A DNA stretch of 64,000 nt from NCBI GenBank assembly GCA_035221665.1, contig CM069144.1, positions 57,660,001-57,724,000 on the forward strand. The letters are read 5' to 3'. The translations under genes were made by a program, and so were the position numbers. Within the stretch, counting starts at the first letter, position 1. The number at the start of each line of letters is the position of its first letter. Positions 1 through 10,900 of this stretch are shown here, one piece after another. This DNA comes from Okamejei kenojei. Its lineage: Eukaryota. Under the pieces are notes generated by a model that did not search any database, was not told where the DNA came from, and was given only the letters and a program-made list of their open reading frames with translations.

Positions 1-54
1 CAGCCTTTTGTGTAACCCTCGATTCTCCAGCATCTGCAGTTCCTTCTTTAACCC

Positions 55-500
55 AATGAACTTATCATTGACTTCAGAAAGAGGAAGTCACGAGACCACA
101 TTTCATTAGCGGTGGAGAGAGTTAGCTGTTCCAAATTTTTAGGCGTTAACATGTTGGATGGCCAACATCCTGGACCCAGCACATAGATGTGACCACGAAG
201 AAGGCAGGTTAATGCCTGCAGTTAGAAATGTAAATAGATTTGGCATGTCACTGAGTACACTAATTAACTTATATTGATGCACCGTCTTTACTAATTTTAC
301 CATGGCCTGGTACAGAAATTCCAGGAATGCAAGATGGGCAGAGAGTGGGGTCAGCACTCCCCTTCATCAAAAGCATGTACACGAGCCTGTCTCAAGAACG
401 AGGCATCTATCATCAAGGACCCTCACAATCTGCCAGGTCTAATCTCATTGCTACCATCAGGCAGAGGTACAGCAGCCTGAAGACCCACACCACCTGCCAT
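55..500 (+). mobile_element. Degenerate Rex1/Babar-type LINE 3' fragment
   Basis: Colinear with the RT C-terminal region at 61755-62400 (GTGGAGAGAGTTAGC..., ...GGCAGAGGTACAG), many stops. Confidence 0.6.
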
Positions 501-958
501 TATTTAGTAAAGGTATCACATTTGCTACCATCCAGTCATCTGGCATCTCATTTGTAGCCAGTGAAGATTTTAAAATCTTAGAGTCCCTGGAGTCACTTGC
601 CTTTCTCTCTACAGCTACTTGGGATACACCTCATCAAGCCTTGGATTATATTGCTATATATACTACATTATTATGCTACACTAAATGAGACCAGTTCACA
701 TGGGAGGGCTGGTCCCCCAACGCAATATTCCACCTCTCCACCAATTCCAATATTGGTAGCCATTGGCGGGGGTGGGCGGGCTTTCTGCAGCGCTAGTATG
801 GGCGTTGTGGGCTGAAGGAACAGGTTTCCAGAGGGCTAGTATGGACATTGTGGGCCAAATGGATTCTTGGGTTGGCAGCTCAGTCACTCAAGCCTGATGT
901 GCTGGCAGCTCACTCATGGCTGGTGGGCTGGCAGTTGACTCACGGTTATTCTTTGAAT

Positions 959-1456
959 CCATTTCAAGCAGGGTGCAAGGCTACCAAATTCAAATGCAGT
1001 TTCATGCCATTTCAAACAGGGTGCAAGGCCACCAAATTCAAGTGCAGTTTCATACCACTTCAAGCAGGGTGCAAGGCCACCAAATTCAAGTGCAGTTTCA
1101 TACCACTTCAAGCAGGGTGCAAGGCCACCAAATTCAAGTGCACTTTCATGCCATTTCAAGCAGGGTGCAACGCCACCAAATTCAAGTGCAGTTTCATACC
1201 ACTTCAATCAGGGTGCAAGACAACCAAATTCAAGTGCAGTTTCATACCATTTCAAGCAGGGTGCAAGGCCACCAAATTCAAGTGCAGTTTCATACCATTT
1301 CAAGCAGGATGCAAGGCCACCAAATTCAAATGCAGTTTTATACCATTTCATGCAGGGTGCAAGGCCACCAAATTCAAATGCAGTTTCATACTCTTTCATG
1401 CAGGGTGCTGGGCCACCACTTTCTAATGCAGTTTCATACCATTTCAAGCAGGGTGA
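959..1456 (+). repeat. 48-bp minisatellite, about 10 copies
   Basis: Unit CCATTTCAAGCAGGGTGCAAGGCCACCAAATTCAAGTGCAGTTTCATA; gives 16-aa periodic ORFs. Confidence 0.95.
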
Positions 1457-1852
1457 AACCACCATAAAACCACACAAAACACCACAAACACACCACATAA
1501 ACATCACACACAGTTCAGTAGACATTCAGTGTGTTCAGTTGATTCACAGCTCAGAGAGAGTCGTGACCTCTCCCTCCCCATGTTACTGAGCCACACCCAC
1601 ACCCACACTTCCGGGTTTTATAATCCCTCCCCCCTCGCATTGGAAGGGGCGTGGCCTTCATGGCGTGATTGATAGGAGAGAGATTCTTATCATTTTTTAA
1701 ACACTAAAAACACTTTTATTTTTCATTGATGGGATGAATCCTCTGCACCTGATGAGCAGAGGGGGACTGAGTAAGATGGCCAAAAATCACAGCTGTAAGT
1801 GGTAGCGTTTTATCTAAAATCAATATACAGTGCAAACAGGCAGTTGTGAAGT

Positions 1853-1975
1853 AACCACCACCAACAGCCATTTGCTGTGCTTCACTTCAAACCAAACACC
1901 ACCAACAACCATTTGCTGTGCTTCACTTCAAATCAACCACCACCAACAGCCATTTGCTGTGCTTCACTTCAAACC
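1853..1975 (+). repeat. ~41-bp tandem repeat, 3 copies
   Basis: ACCACCAACAGCCATTTGCTGTGCTTCACTTCAAA repeated three times. Confidence 0.9.
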
Positions 1976-2525
1976 GGGGTGGGAGATTGCAACCTTCACA
2001 TGGTCTGCCCTGTCTCGACGAATGCAATCAACCTGGTGTGCACAAATAGGATCAAATAGAACAAGTTGTCCTACAACTTTAGGCTGTGCACGCAGTACGC
2101 AAGAAGAAGAACTTCAAACCAACCACCACCATTTTCATTTTCAAACCACATTAAGGGCACTCAAGGTCAGTAAAACCAAACTCACAGTTTAGTAGACATG
2201 TGTTCAGTGTTATTCACAGCTCAGACTGAGAGACGTGTCCCTCTCGCTCCCCCATCTTCCAGAGATTGACTGAGGCACTCAACACTTCCGGGTTTTATAG
2301 TCCCTCCGGAAGAGGCGTGGCCTTCAGGAGAGTGAATCTCAACATTTTTTAAACACTAATAACTCTTTTATTTTTAATCGATGGAAAAATCGTCTTGTCC
2401 TGCACAGCGGAGGGGGACTCTGAGTAAGATGGCCAAAAATCACAGCCGTAAGTGGCAGCGATTTTCTAAAATCAAGATACAGAACAACAGGAAGTGGTCA
2501 AGATCAGACTTTTGTTAATATAGAG

Positions 2526-2916
2526 GACTAAAACTCTCATCTTGTTTGTATGTATGCGTGTGTGTGCATGAGTTCATGAAACCCCACCAAAACGGTACAC
2601 GATAGCGCTTCAATTTTTTGGCCCACCTTACTCACCGTTGTCCTTGGATGTGCAGTACCAAGTTTTGTTCAGATTGATGTTATATTTTACAAGCTATTGA
2701 CATTTTAAACTTTACAAAATCACTTTTCAAATCACTTTTCCTCTTGCCCTGCCCTGCCCGTCACGGGTAAGTTTCCTTCCACTTTACAAATGCCCCCACG
2801 GGTCCTCTATTCACTTTAACTTAATTTCAGCCATCAACGGCACAACTTAGAATGTGGCAGTTTGGTGGAATATTGCGTTGGGGTAATGGGCCCAATTGGT
2901 CCGCACTTGGTCTAGT
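2526..2916 (-). mobile_element. Helentron/HINE-like element, copy 2 (tail-to-tail with copy 1)
   Basis: Reverse complement starts ACTAGACCAAGTG, contains CCCCAACGCAATATTCCACC, has a block homologous to 31360-31445 and ends in a CA-rich run plus AAGATGAGAGTTTTAGT. Confidence 0.55.
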
Positions 2917-2949
2917 AAAACCTTAAAAGTATAAAACCATAAAAGGTAT

Positions 2950-3232
2950 GAATATTGATTTCTCTAACTTCAAGTAACCCCAGCATTCCCTCTCTTCCAT
3001 CCCTCCCCCACCCGTCGCACCAGTTTCTTGTTTTCACCCAACAAACAGCTAACAATGTCCAGCTCCCTATATCATCGTTACTTTTTTGCATATCTTTCAT
3101 TCATTGCCTATCTCTCGTTTCCCTTTCCTGTGACTTTCATTCTGAAGAAGTGTCTCGACCCGAAAAATCACCCGTAACATCTCTCCAGAGATGCTGCCTG
3201 TTTCTTTGAGTTCCTCCAGCTTTTTGTGTCTT
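2950..3232 (+). mobile_element. Penelope-like element pLTR remnant
   Basis: Similar to 5340-5575, including CTGAAGAAG.GTCTCGACCCGAAA. Confidence 0.6.
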
Positions 3233-3920
3233 TCAAAGGGTTCAAAGGTTCAGCGGTCTGTTTATTCTCACGTGTACCAAGTAAAGTACAGCAAAACTCG
3301 ATTTACCATACACCCATACTAAAAAAGGCAACAAAGCACACAACTACGTAAAAGTTAACTTAAACATCCACCACAGTGGAATCCCCACATTTCTCACTAT
3401 GATGGAAGGCAATAAAGTCTAATCTTCCTTCTTTAATATCCCACGGTCGGGGGAGTCGGACCTTCTGCAGTCGGGGCGATCGAAGCTCCCGTAGCCGGCG
3501 ATCAAAGCACCTGCTTCGGGGCGATCGAAGCTCCCGCGATTGGGAAGGTTGAAGCTCCTGCGGCCTGGAGCTCCCGAAGTCGGTCCCTAGCCAGAGACCA
3601 CGAGCTCCATGATGTTGAAGTCCGCATGCTCCCGCGTTTGGAGCTTCCGAGGTCGATCCCCAACAGGGACTGCCAGCTCCACGATGTTAAGACCTGCAGG
3701 CTCCCACAGTTGGAGCTCCCTGAAGTTAGTCCCTAGTAAAGGGACCGCCAATTCCACGATGTTAGACCACAGTGCGGACGGAGATGCGATACGGAAAAAG
3801 TTGCATCTCTGGCGAGGTGAGAGATTTTAAAAAGTTTCCCCCAACCCCCCCCCATAAAACAAGCTGAAGAACACTAAATACATTTAACACACACCATAAA
3901 ACAACAAAGAACGAAGGGAT
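3233..3920 (-). mobile_element. Unclassified GC-rich non-autonomous retroposon with internal short repeats
   Basis: Repeated GATCGAAGCTCCCG, GGAGCTCCC and CCACGATGTT motifs, homologous to 31445-31960; simple-repeat tail at the left end. Confidence 0.5.
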
Positions 3921-4089
3921 GAGCGATCTCTGCTTTAAACCAGCATCTGCAGTTTCTTCCTACACATAAAAGTATTTAATATCTGTAACATCAACAATTT
4001 TTGGTTTTTCTTAGAATTTCATCGATCTAATTATGAAAACAGATGAGAAACATTAATGTTTAATAAAGATATAATAAAATAAAGATACA

Positions 4090-4468
4090 AAATGTGGATA
4101 ATGGAAATGTCGGAGACCCTACACCTGGAAAGAATCAGATTTGTCTTTATGGGCAGTTAGAATATGGTCTTCATTCATCGATTATTTGAAGGGGTAGATT
4201 GGTTCAGCACGGGAACCTAACTGAAACTTGAACTCAGGATTAGATGAAAAGTTATACTTTATAATCTTCGAACCTATCTCCAATGATGTATTATTAGTAA
4301 ATAAATCCTTTTTTTTTATCTTGACATTTGTGGGTTTTTTTTCTTTCTTTCGATTAGAAGCAGAATGAATCCACAATTGATAATATTAATAATGTATGAT
4401 TGATACATATGAAATGTTTTTACCATAATATGTGTTTGCTTCTAATAAAAATATATTAAAAAAATTAA
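4090..4468 (+). mobile_element. L1-like LINE 3' end (ORF2 terminus, 3' UTR, A-rich tail)
   Basis: Highly similar to 50695-51122; TSD AATAAAATAAA(G/C)ATACA at 4073-4089 and 4469-4485. Confidence 0.8.
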
Positions 4469-4601
4469 AATAAAATAAACATACAGAGTGGAAACAAGCC
4501 CTTCGGCCCACTGAGTCCACCCCACCAATGTTCACTCCATACTCCAGATCTATCCTACGCCCCAGGGACAATTTACAGAAGCCAATTAAGCTACAAACCT
4601 G

Positions 4602-5610
4602 GGGTACACAAAAGGCTGGAGAAACTCAGCGGGTGCAGCAGCATCTAAGGAGCGAAGGAGATAGGCGATGTTTTGGGTCGAAACCCTTCTTCAGACTGGT
4701 CAGGGATCAGGGAAACGAGAGATATAGACGGTGATGTGGAGAGATAAAGAACAATGAATGAAAGATATGCAAAAAAGTATCAATGATAAAGGGAACAAGC
4801 CATTGTAAGCTGTTTGTGGTGTGAAAATGAGAAGCTGGTGCGACTAGGGTGGGGGAGGGAGATAGAGAGAGAGGGAATGCCAGGGCCCGAGGGCTGAGGG
4901 AGAGGTGGAGGAGACAGCAAGGGTTAACAGAATTGAGAAAATTCATTGTTCAAGCCCAAAGGATGCAAACTCCCCAAGCGGAATATGAGGAATATGACCC
5001 AAGCAGTCCTTCCAGGTCCGACAGAGGTTCATCTGCACCTCCTCCAACCTCATCTACTGCATCCGCTGCTCCAGATGCCAGATGATCTATATCGGTGAGA
5101 CCAAGCGGAGGCTTGGCGATCGTTTCGCCGAACACCTCCGCTCGGTCCGCATTAGCCAACCCGACCTCCTGGTGGCTCAGCACTTCAACTACCCCTCCCA
5201 TTCCGTATCCGACCTCTCGGTCCTGGGCCTCCTCCACGGCCAGAGTGAGCAACACCGCAAGTTGGAGGAACAGCACCTCATATTCCGCTTGGGGAGTTTG
5301 CATCCTTTTGGCTTGAACAATGAATTTTCTCAATTCTGTTAACCCTTGCTGTCTCCTCCCCTTCCCACCTCTCCCTCAGCCCTCGGGCCCTGGCATTCCC
5401 TCTCTCTCTATCTCCCTGGCATTGTTCTTTATCTCTCCACATCACCGTCTATATCTCTCGTTTCCCTGATCCCTGACCAGTCTGAAGAAGGGTCTCCACC
5501 CGAAACGTCGCCTATCTCCTTCGCTCCTTAGATGCTGCTGCACCCGCTGAGTTTCTCCAGCCTTTTGTGTACCTTCGTTTCTCCAGCATCTGCAGTTCCT
5601 TCTTTAACAC
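4602..5610 (+). mobile_element. Penelope-like retroelement (GIY-YIG C-terminus plus inverted pLTRs) inserted into an HE1-like SINE
   Basis: ORF 5082-5342 IYIGETKRRLGDRFAEH...HFN...LEEQHLIFRLGSLHPFGLN; 4604-4990 is an inverted copy of about 5277-5572; 15-bp TSD TAAGCTAC(A/C)AACCTG at 4587-4601 and 5611-5625. Confidence 0.9.
5482..5514 (+). ncRNA. Hammerhead ribozyme motif in Penelope pLTR
   Basis: CTGAAGA-A-GGGT ctcc ACCC-GAAA-CGTC; core intact, helix I weak. Confidence 0.6.
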
Positions 5611-7171
5611 TAAGCTACCAACCTGCACGTTTTTGGTATGTGGGAGGAAACTGATGCACCCGGAGAAAACCCACATAGTCACAGAAAGAACGTACAAGGT
5701 CAGTACAGACGGCACCTGTAGCCAGGGTCAAACCCAGGTCTCTGGTGCTGTAAGGCAGCAACACTACCACTACGCCACTGTGCTGCCCCAATGTAAGACC
5801 TCACCCATATCCTGCAGCATCAAACACAAAATATAAATTTGAACATCCTCTCTCCCTCGTTACCCTCTTGCCCTTAATATACATACAGGGTTTGGGGATT
5901 TTTATTTTAACCTTGCACACCAATATTATTTTACTTATTTTTCCCTCCCGATATCTTTTCTCAAGTACCATCATCCACTTTCTATCAAGCCTCCTCAATT
6001 TCAGTTCTCAGTAGCTGCCACATGATCCCTTTTTTCTGTATCCAACCCTTGAGAAGCAGGGTTGCTTGGACTCATGGTCCTTGCCTTTCATCTGTGCAGG
6101 AACACCTTGGCCCTGAAAGATCACATTATTATGTCTGAAAGAATCCCACCTGTTGTACGTAGTGTGACCTGCAAGTAGCTGCTCCCTGTCTACTGTTATT
6201 AGTCCTGCTTTATGATCTTAGAATTGGCTCTCAATTTCAGACCTTAATTTGAGTTATTTTTTCCCATAAACACTTTGAAACTTACATTGTGCTCACTGTC
6301 CTCAAAACAATATCACACTGGTCTGCTTCATTTTTTCTGAGATTAATCCAGTAGTTCTAACACCATTTGGACAGTGGATCTAAATGTTTGCCTGGATGTA
6401 ATTAAAAAAATAATTATTTGATTCTTCCACATCCTGAAGAAAGTAGAGTTGACAGATATAATGCCAAAATAACAATGATTAGTCTGCAATAAACTTAATT
6501 AGAAAAAAATAATGATTAGAATGCAGGAGACCATGATAAGAAAGGTTAATCATGTCCTTTATTCCAGTTCTTGGATAGCGATCAACCAGTGAACAAGCCA
6601 TAAAAGCGAAAAACAAATGTGCTGAAAATCTTGTGCTTGCGGCTAAAATCATAATTTGGGATCATTTATAAAATAAAATTCTGTTGTCATTACAACATGT
6701 TATCTAAAGTGAGATGAAGTCGTTATTCACTACCAACATTAATGAATTGGTCAATTGTTCAATGTTCAACTGGATGTATAAACTTCTTAACTGAATAAAG
6801 TAATACCTTTATTAAAACAGTAAGAACATTTCATTAATGAGCACTTGGAGAACTATAAATTATATGGTTATCAACGTCCAATCTTAGACTGATCAACGGC
6901 GAGCAGCACAGTGATGAAGATAATAGAGCTGTTGGTTCACAACTCCGATGATTTTGTTTCAACCCTGACTATCCTGACATGGTGTTTGTATATTTTCCCT
7001 GTGATCAAATGAGTTTGCTCTCATATACTAAAGATGTTTGATTGGTCAACTCCTGATGATAAATTGTCCTTAGTGTATAAGCAAGTGGTTCAATTTGGGG
7101 GCATTGACGGAATGTGGGGAGAATAAAGTGTGCTCAGTGTAGGATTAGTGGGCCAAGATGTGTTATCCTGT

Positions 7172-7268
7172 GTACACAAAAAGCTGGAGAAACTCAGCGG
7201 GTGCAGCAGCATCTAAGGAGCGAAGGAGATAGGCGACGTTTCGGGTCGAGACCCTTCTTCAGACCCAG
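7172..7268 (-). mobile_element. ~95-bp Penelope-derived mini-element with hammerhead core
   Basis: Near-identical to 4604-4697; TSD TGTGTTATCCTGTGT at 7159-7173 and 7269-7283. Confidence 0.85.
7230..7268 (-). ncRNA. Minimal type I hammerhead ribozyme motif
   Basis: Reverse complement UGGGU-CUGAAGA-A-GGGUC UC GACCC-GAAA-CGUC-GCCUA: conserved core, helix II hairpin, GUC cleavage triplet, and UGGGU/GCCUA able to form helix I with wobble pairs. Confidence 0.7.
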
Positions 7269-7768
7269 TGTGTTATCCTGTGTTGAGTGTGTTATACATG
7301 TGTTATCATGTATGTGTCCATGGCTCTATGCACATGATGGATCACAATCAGTGAGGATAGGTGACAGAATATCCTCCACAATAATTGTCAACACACAACG
7401 ATGCCTTCTCAGCCCCTTTCTATAATTCTTATAGAGTTATGACTGCGGCCAAATTCTGCTCTAACATTTTATTACAAGTTTGCAGATAACACCATTGTTG
7501 TAGGCTGGATCTTGAACAATGATGATAAGGAATATAGGAAGGAGATCGATAACATGATGTCAAGACAATTATCTCCCCTTCAATGTCAGCACGATGAAGG
7601 AGATAGTTATTGACGTCAGGAAGCAAGGTGGAGTATATATACCAATCAGCATCAATGGTGGAAAAGTGGCAATGTCAAGAACTTCAAGCTCCTAGGTGTA
7701 AATAGCACCAATTTGTTCTGGATCAACCACATTAAAGCTGCAGCCAAAAGGCACACCAATATTTGGGG

Positions 7769-8070
7769 GTGGCACAGTGGTGGGAGTTGCTGCATTACAG
7801 CACCAGAGACCTTTAATCCTGACTACAGATGATGTCTGTACAGAGTTTGTACGTTCTCCCTGTGACTGCGTGGGTTCTCTCCAGGTGCTCCAATTTCCTC
7901 CCACACTCCAAAGACATGCAGGTTTGTAGGGTAGTTGGCTTCGGTAAAAATTGTAAATTGTCCCTAGCGTGCAGAATAGTGCTAGTGTACGGGGTGATCA
8001 CTGGTTGGCGTGGTCTCAGTGGGCCAAAAGGCCTGTATCCACGTTGTAAGTCCAAAGTCTAAAATCTAAA
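7769..8070 (+). mobile_element. HE1/V-SINE-like SINE
   Basis: tRNA-like head, V-domain GTTTGTACGTTCTCCC...TTTCCTCCCACACTCCAAAGAC, CTAAA tail. Confidence 0.88.
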
Positions 8071-8095
8071 CATCCCTGCTTCCTCAGGAGACTGA

Positions 8096-8239
8096 AGGGC
8101 CTGTTCCACTTTTGCGACCTTTACAGGCAACTGCTGGCACCTGTGATACGTCGCCGAAAATGTAAACCTTGAAAATTTTGCCGACCTATCACGGGTGCCG
8201 GCAGTCGCCTGTAAAGGTTGCGTAAGTGGGACAGGCCCT
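8096..8239. mobile_element. Palindromic MITE, PIF/Harbinger-like
   Basis: ~58-bp imperfect inverted arms AGGGCCTGT...ACAGGCCCT; flanks TGA and TAA (TWA-type TSD). Confidence 0.75.
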
Positions 8240-10639
8240 TAAGGGAGATCATCATGTTTCTTAGCAACTTATGCAGATGGACTGTAGAAAGCACCAGGTT
8301 GCATTATGCTTGGTTTAGGAACAGCTCTTCTCAAGACCCCCAAGAAATTGCAGAGAGTTGTGGTTGTAAGTTTAGTTTCAGTGTATGAGCAGTGAAACAT
8401 TTTTGTATGTGTGCTACCCAGTCAAAGAAAATACTATACATGATTACAATGCACAGATTTACAATGAAGGGTACAACATGTGCTGCAAGATAAAGTCTGA
8501 TTAAAGATAGTTCAAAGATCTCCAAAGTAGCCCAGTTCATCACACAGACCAATCGCCCCATCATTGGCTCCATTGATATTTCACAGTGCCTTGGGAAAGC
8601 AGCCAACATAATCAAGGACCTTTTCCACTCAGGTCATTCCCGCTTCTGTCCTCACCCTTCAGGCAGACGATACAAAAACTTGAAAGCACATATAACCAGA
8701 TTCAGGAACAATGATAGTCGATGCTGCTTGATTGAGGAACCATGATACTCAATGATAACAGCTTCTCCCCTTTTTATGAGACTACCGAATTATCCTCCTA
8801 TAAACTAGGGCATAATCCCAATCTTCCTCCTTACGGACGTTAGACATTTCTTTGTAACTGAAATGAAGTAATGTTGTAAAACTATATTCTGCACTCTGGT
8901 GTTTTTTTATCTTTCCATTACCTATTGCACTTGGTTTTGGCTTGATTTTACTCATGTATACTATGATTTGACTTGACTGGATTGAATGCAAACAAAAGCT
9001 TTTCACTATATACATGTGACAATAATCACTGCATGTGACAATAATAACCTATACTAATACATCATATCAAATACTTCCTGAGAGTCTACATTTATAAATT
9101 GACCTATTTAGCCATATGTTACAATTTGCTTGAAAATATAAATTTATTTATGAAAAGATGACCAACCTGCACTGTTCTAATAGCTGGTCAGAATAGCTCA
9201 CCTACTTAAATAGAAGGTTCACAATCTGTAGTTCATCCTTCAAGTTACTTCCTTTGCTGTACTTTTTAGACCAAATCTTTTTCCACTCAAGAAAGGCTAA
9301 CAGATCAGTTGACAATCGGCTCTAGATGCTTTCACAAGGATAATGTCTTTACAGTCAGAAAGATGATGTCTGTTCCACTCAGAAGGACTCGAGCTCTTAT
9401 TTTCCTTCTGTTTCTGGTTAGTAGCGCCTCTGCTATGTTACTTTATACAAAGAGCAGACCAACTTTCTTTCGGAAAAGGGTAACCCATGTGCCACCACAA
9501 CATGTTTAAAAGCTGCAAGACCTTGCACAGCCCATCCTCCTGGGCACCTCAAGCCTCTTCCCTTTCCCTCCAGAGTGCTGATGTGCTGCACACTTCATGT
9601 CAATTCTACTGTCTTGTTAGTCACACACCTGTCATCAGCCACCTAATGGCACCTCGTTTACTCATACCTCAGGGAAGGAAACTACTGCAAATAGGCCACA
9701 TTTCAGACAGCCGTTTATCAAAACATGTTTATTAGCAAAATGTAACATGCATAATATTTGCTTTAAAATGAACGTTTTTCAGAAATTTGACCTCTTCAAT
9801 GACCCGGTCCATTTCTGTACAAAGGAAGGCAACATATTACTTACAGACCCTGGAGAAATATATACAATACAAACAAGGTCATATTTTTCCACATAAATTC
9901 TATAAATATCAGTCCAGAATAAATCATCACTGATTAAAACAAAAGCATAAAGTAGATGGTCAGAATATTATGACATCACTGAATTATTAACAATAAATCT
10001 AAAAGTAAATTTTACTTTTGACATTTATTTTTTCTATTGTTTGTATTAAAAAATAGCTTGAAAATGACTCACTTGACAACTACCTTTTAATTTTTTTTCT
10101 AACCTTCTGAAGTCACATTCAAATATTATGTCCTTTTCTTCTGCTTGTTTCCCAATGAAATAACAGCTCTGATCCTTGACACAAACTGTACATAATCACC
10201 TCTTATATGCTTGAGGTGGGAAAGCCATTCTTCACTGCTCTGTGTTGGCAACCTGCCTTCATGGCAACCTGCTGCACCCCCACCATCTGAACCCATTTTC
10301 TACCACATTCCTTTCATATCTAAATCCCTTTCAGATTTGGCTACTCCAATACAGATCCTTCACCCTCCATGAACTCTGCTGCTTATAATGCTATTCTGTT
10401 TCAACTGCTGATTGTTCATCAACTTTGTCAACTTTGTCTTTACCAATTTATGTTATTTCCCAGTTACTCCAACACATGGGCTCATCCTTTGCGACCTATG
10501 TTATCCCCTCCAGTGTCACACTCTAGAGATGTAAAATTAAAACCCGAGTTGAACTCAGTAACCTGAACCTGACGCCAGCCCAATGGGTTAGAAACAGCAC
10601 CATATGGTCAACAGTAGATATGTCCCAAATCCTGGAAGC

Positions 10640-10900
10640 AATGGATGTACCCAAAGTGGAAATCTTCTAAAAACAAGAGTTCCACTGGAGACAAACGGAT
10701 TATTTTTGGCAATTTCAATGCCAGGATTGTATGTCAAACCTCTGGAAAGTCCTGGATGGCTGGGATAGAAGCCAGGAAAGCATACTCGAAAGGATTCTAT
10801 CCTTTGATGAAATGTCAGGACACAGAAAATAACCAGCATCCCGTCTCATCTGAGCAACAATTACAAGAAGTCATGTCAATCCCTGAAACAGTGAAGGTGA
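10640..10900 (+). mobile_element. Highly degenerate RTE-like LINE endonuclease remnant
   Basis: IIFGNFNARIV resembles the LGDFNARVG AP-endonuclease motif. Confidence 0.4.

Larger units (their letters stand above)
676..2525 (+). mobile_element. Helentron/HINE-like non-autonomous element, copy 1
   Basis: 5' block CACATGGGAGGGCTGGTCCCCCAACGCAATATTCCACC shared with 30667 and 38079; 3' block AAGATCAGACTTTT...ATATAGA shared with 25970-25995; internal tandem arrays. Confidence 0.55.
4480..5790 (-). mobile_element. HE1/V-SINE-like tRNA SINE split by the Penelope insertion (parts 4480-4601 and 5611-5790)
   Basis: The two halves join into the same consensus as 7769-8070. Confidence 0.8.
7340..9050 (+). 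mobile_element. Degenerate Rex1/Babar LINE 3' part, interrupted by a SINE and a MITE
   Basis: RT remnants (AAGTTTGCAGATAACACCATTGTTGTAGG); 3' region like 54300-54860; TGTGACAATAA tail. Confidence 0.65.

Noticed and set aside
848-1467. Periodic 192-aa and 183-aa ORFs, or a CRISPR-like array
   Set aside because: A pure 48-bp tandem with no unique spacers; the ORFs arise because the unit length is a multiple of 3 and lacks stops in those frames; it lies inside a repeat element
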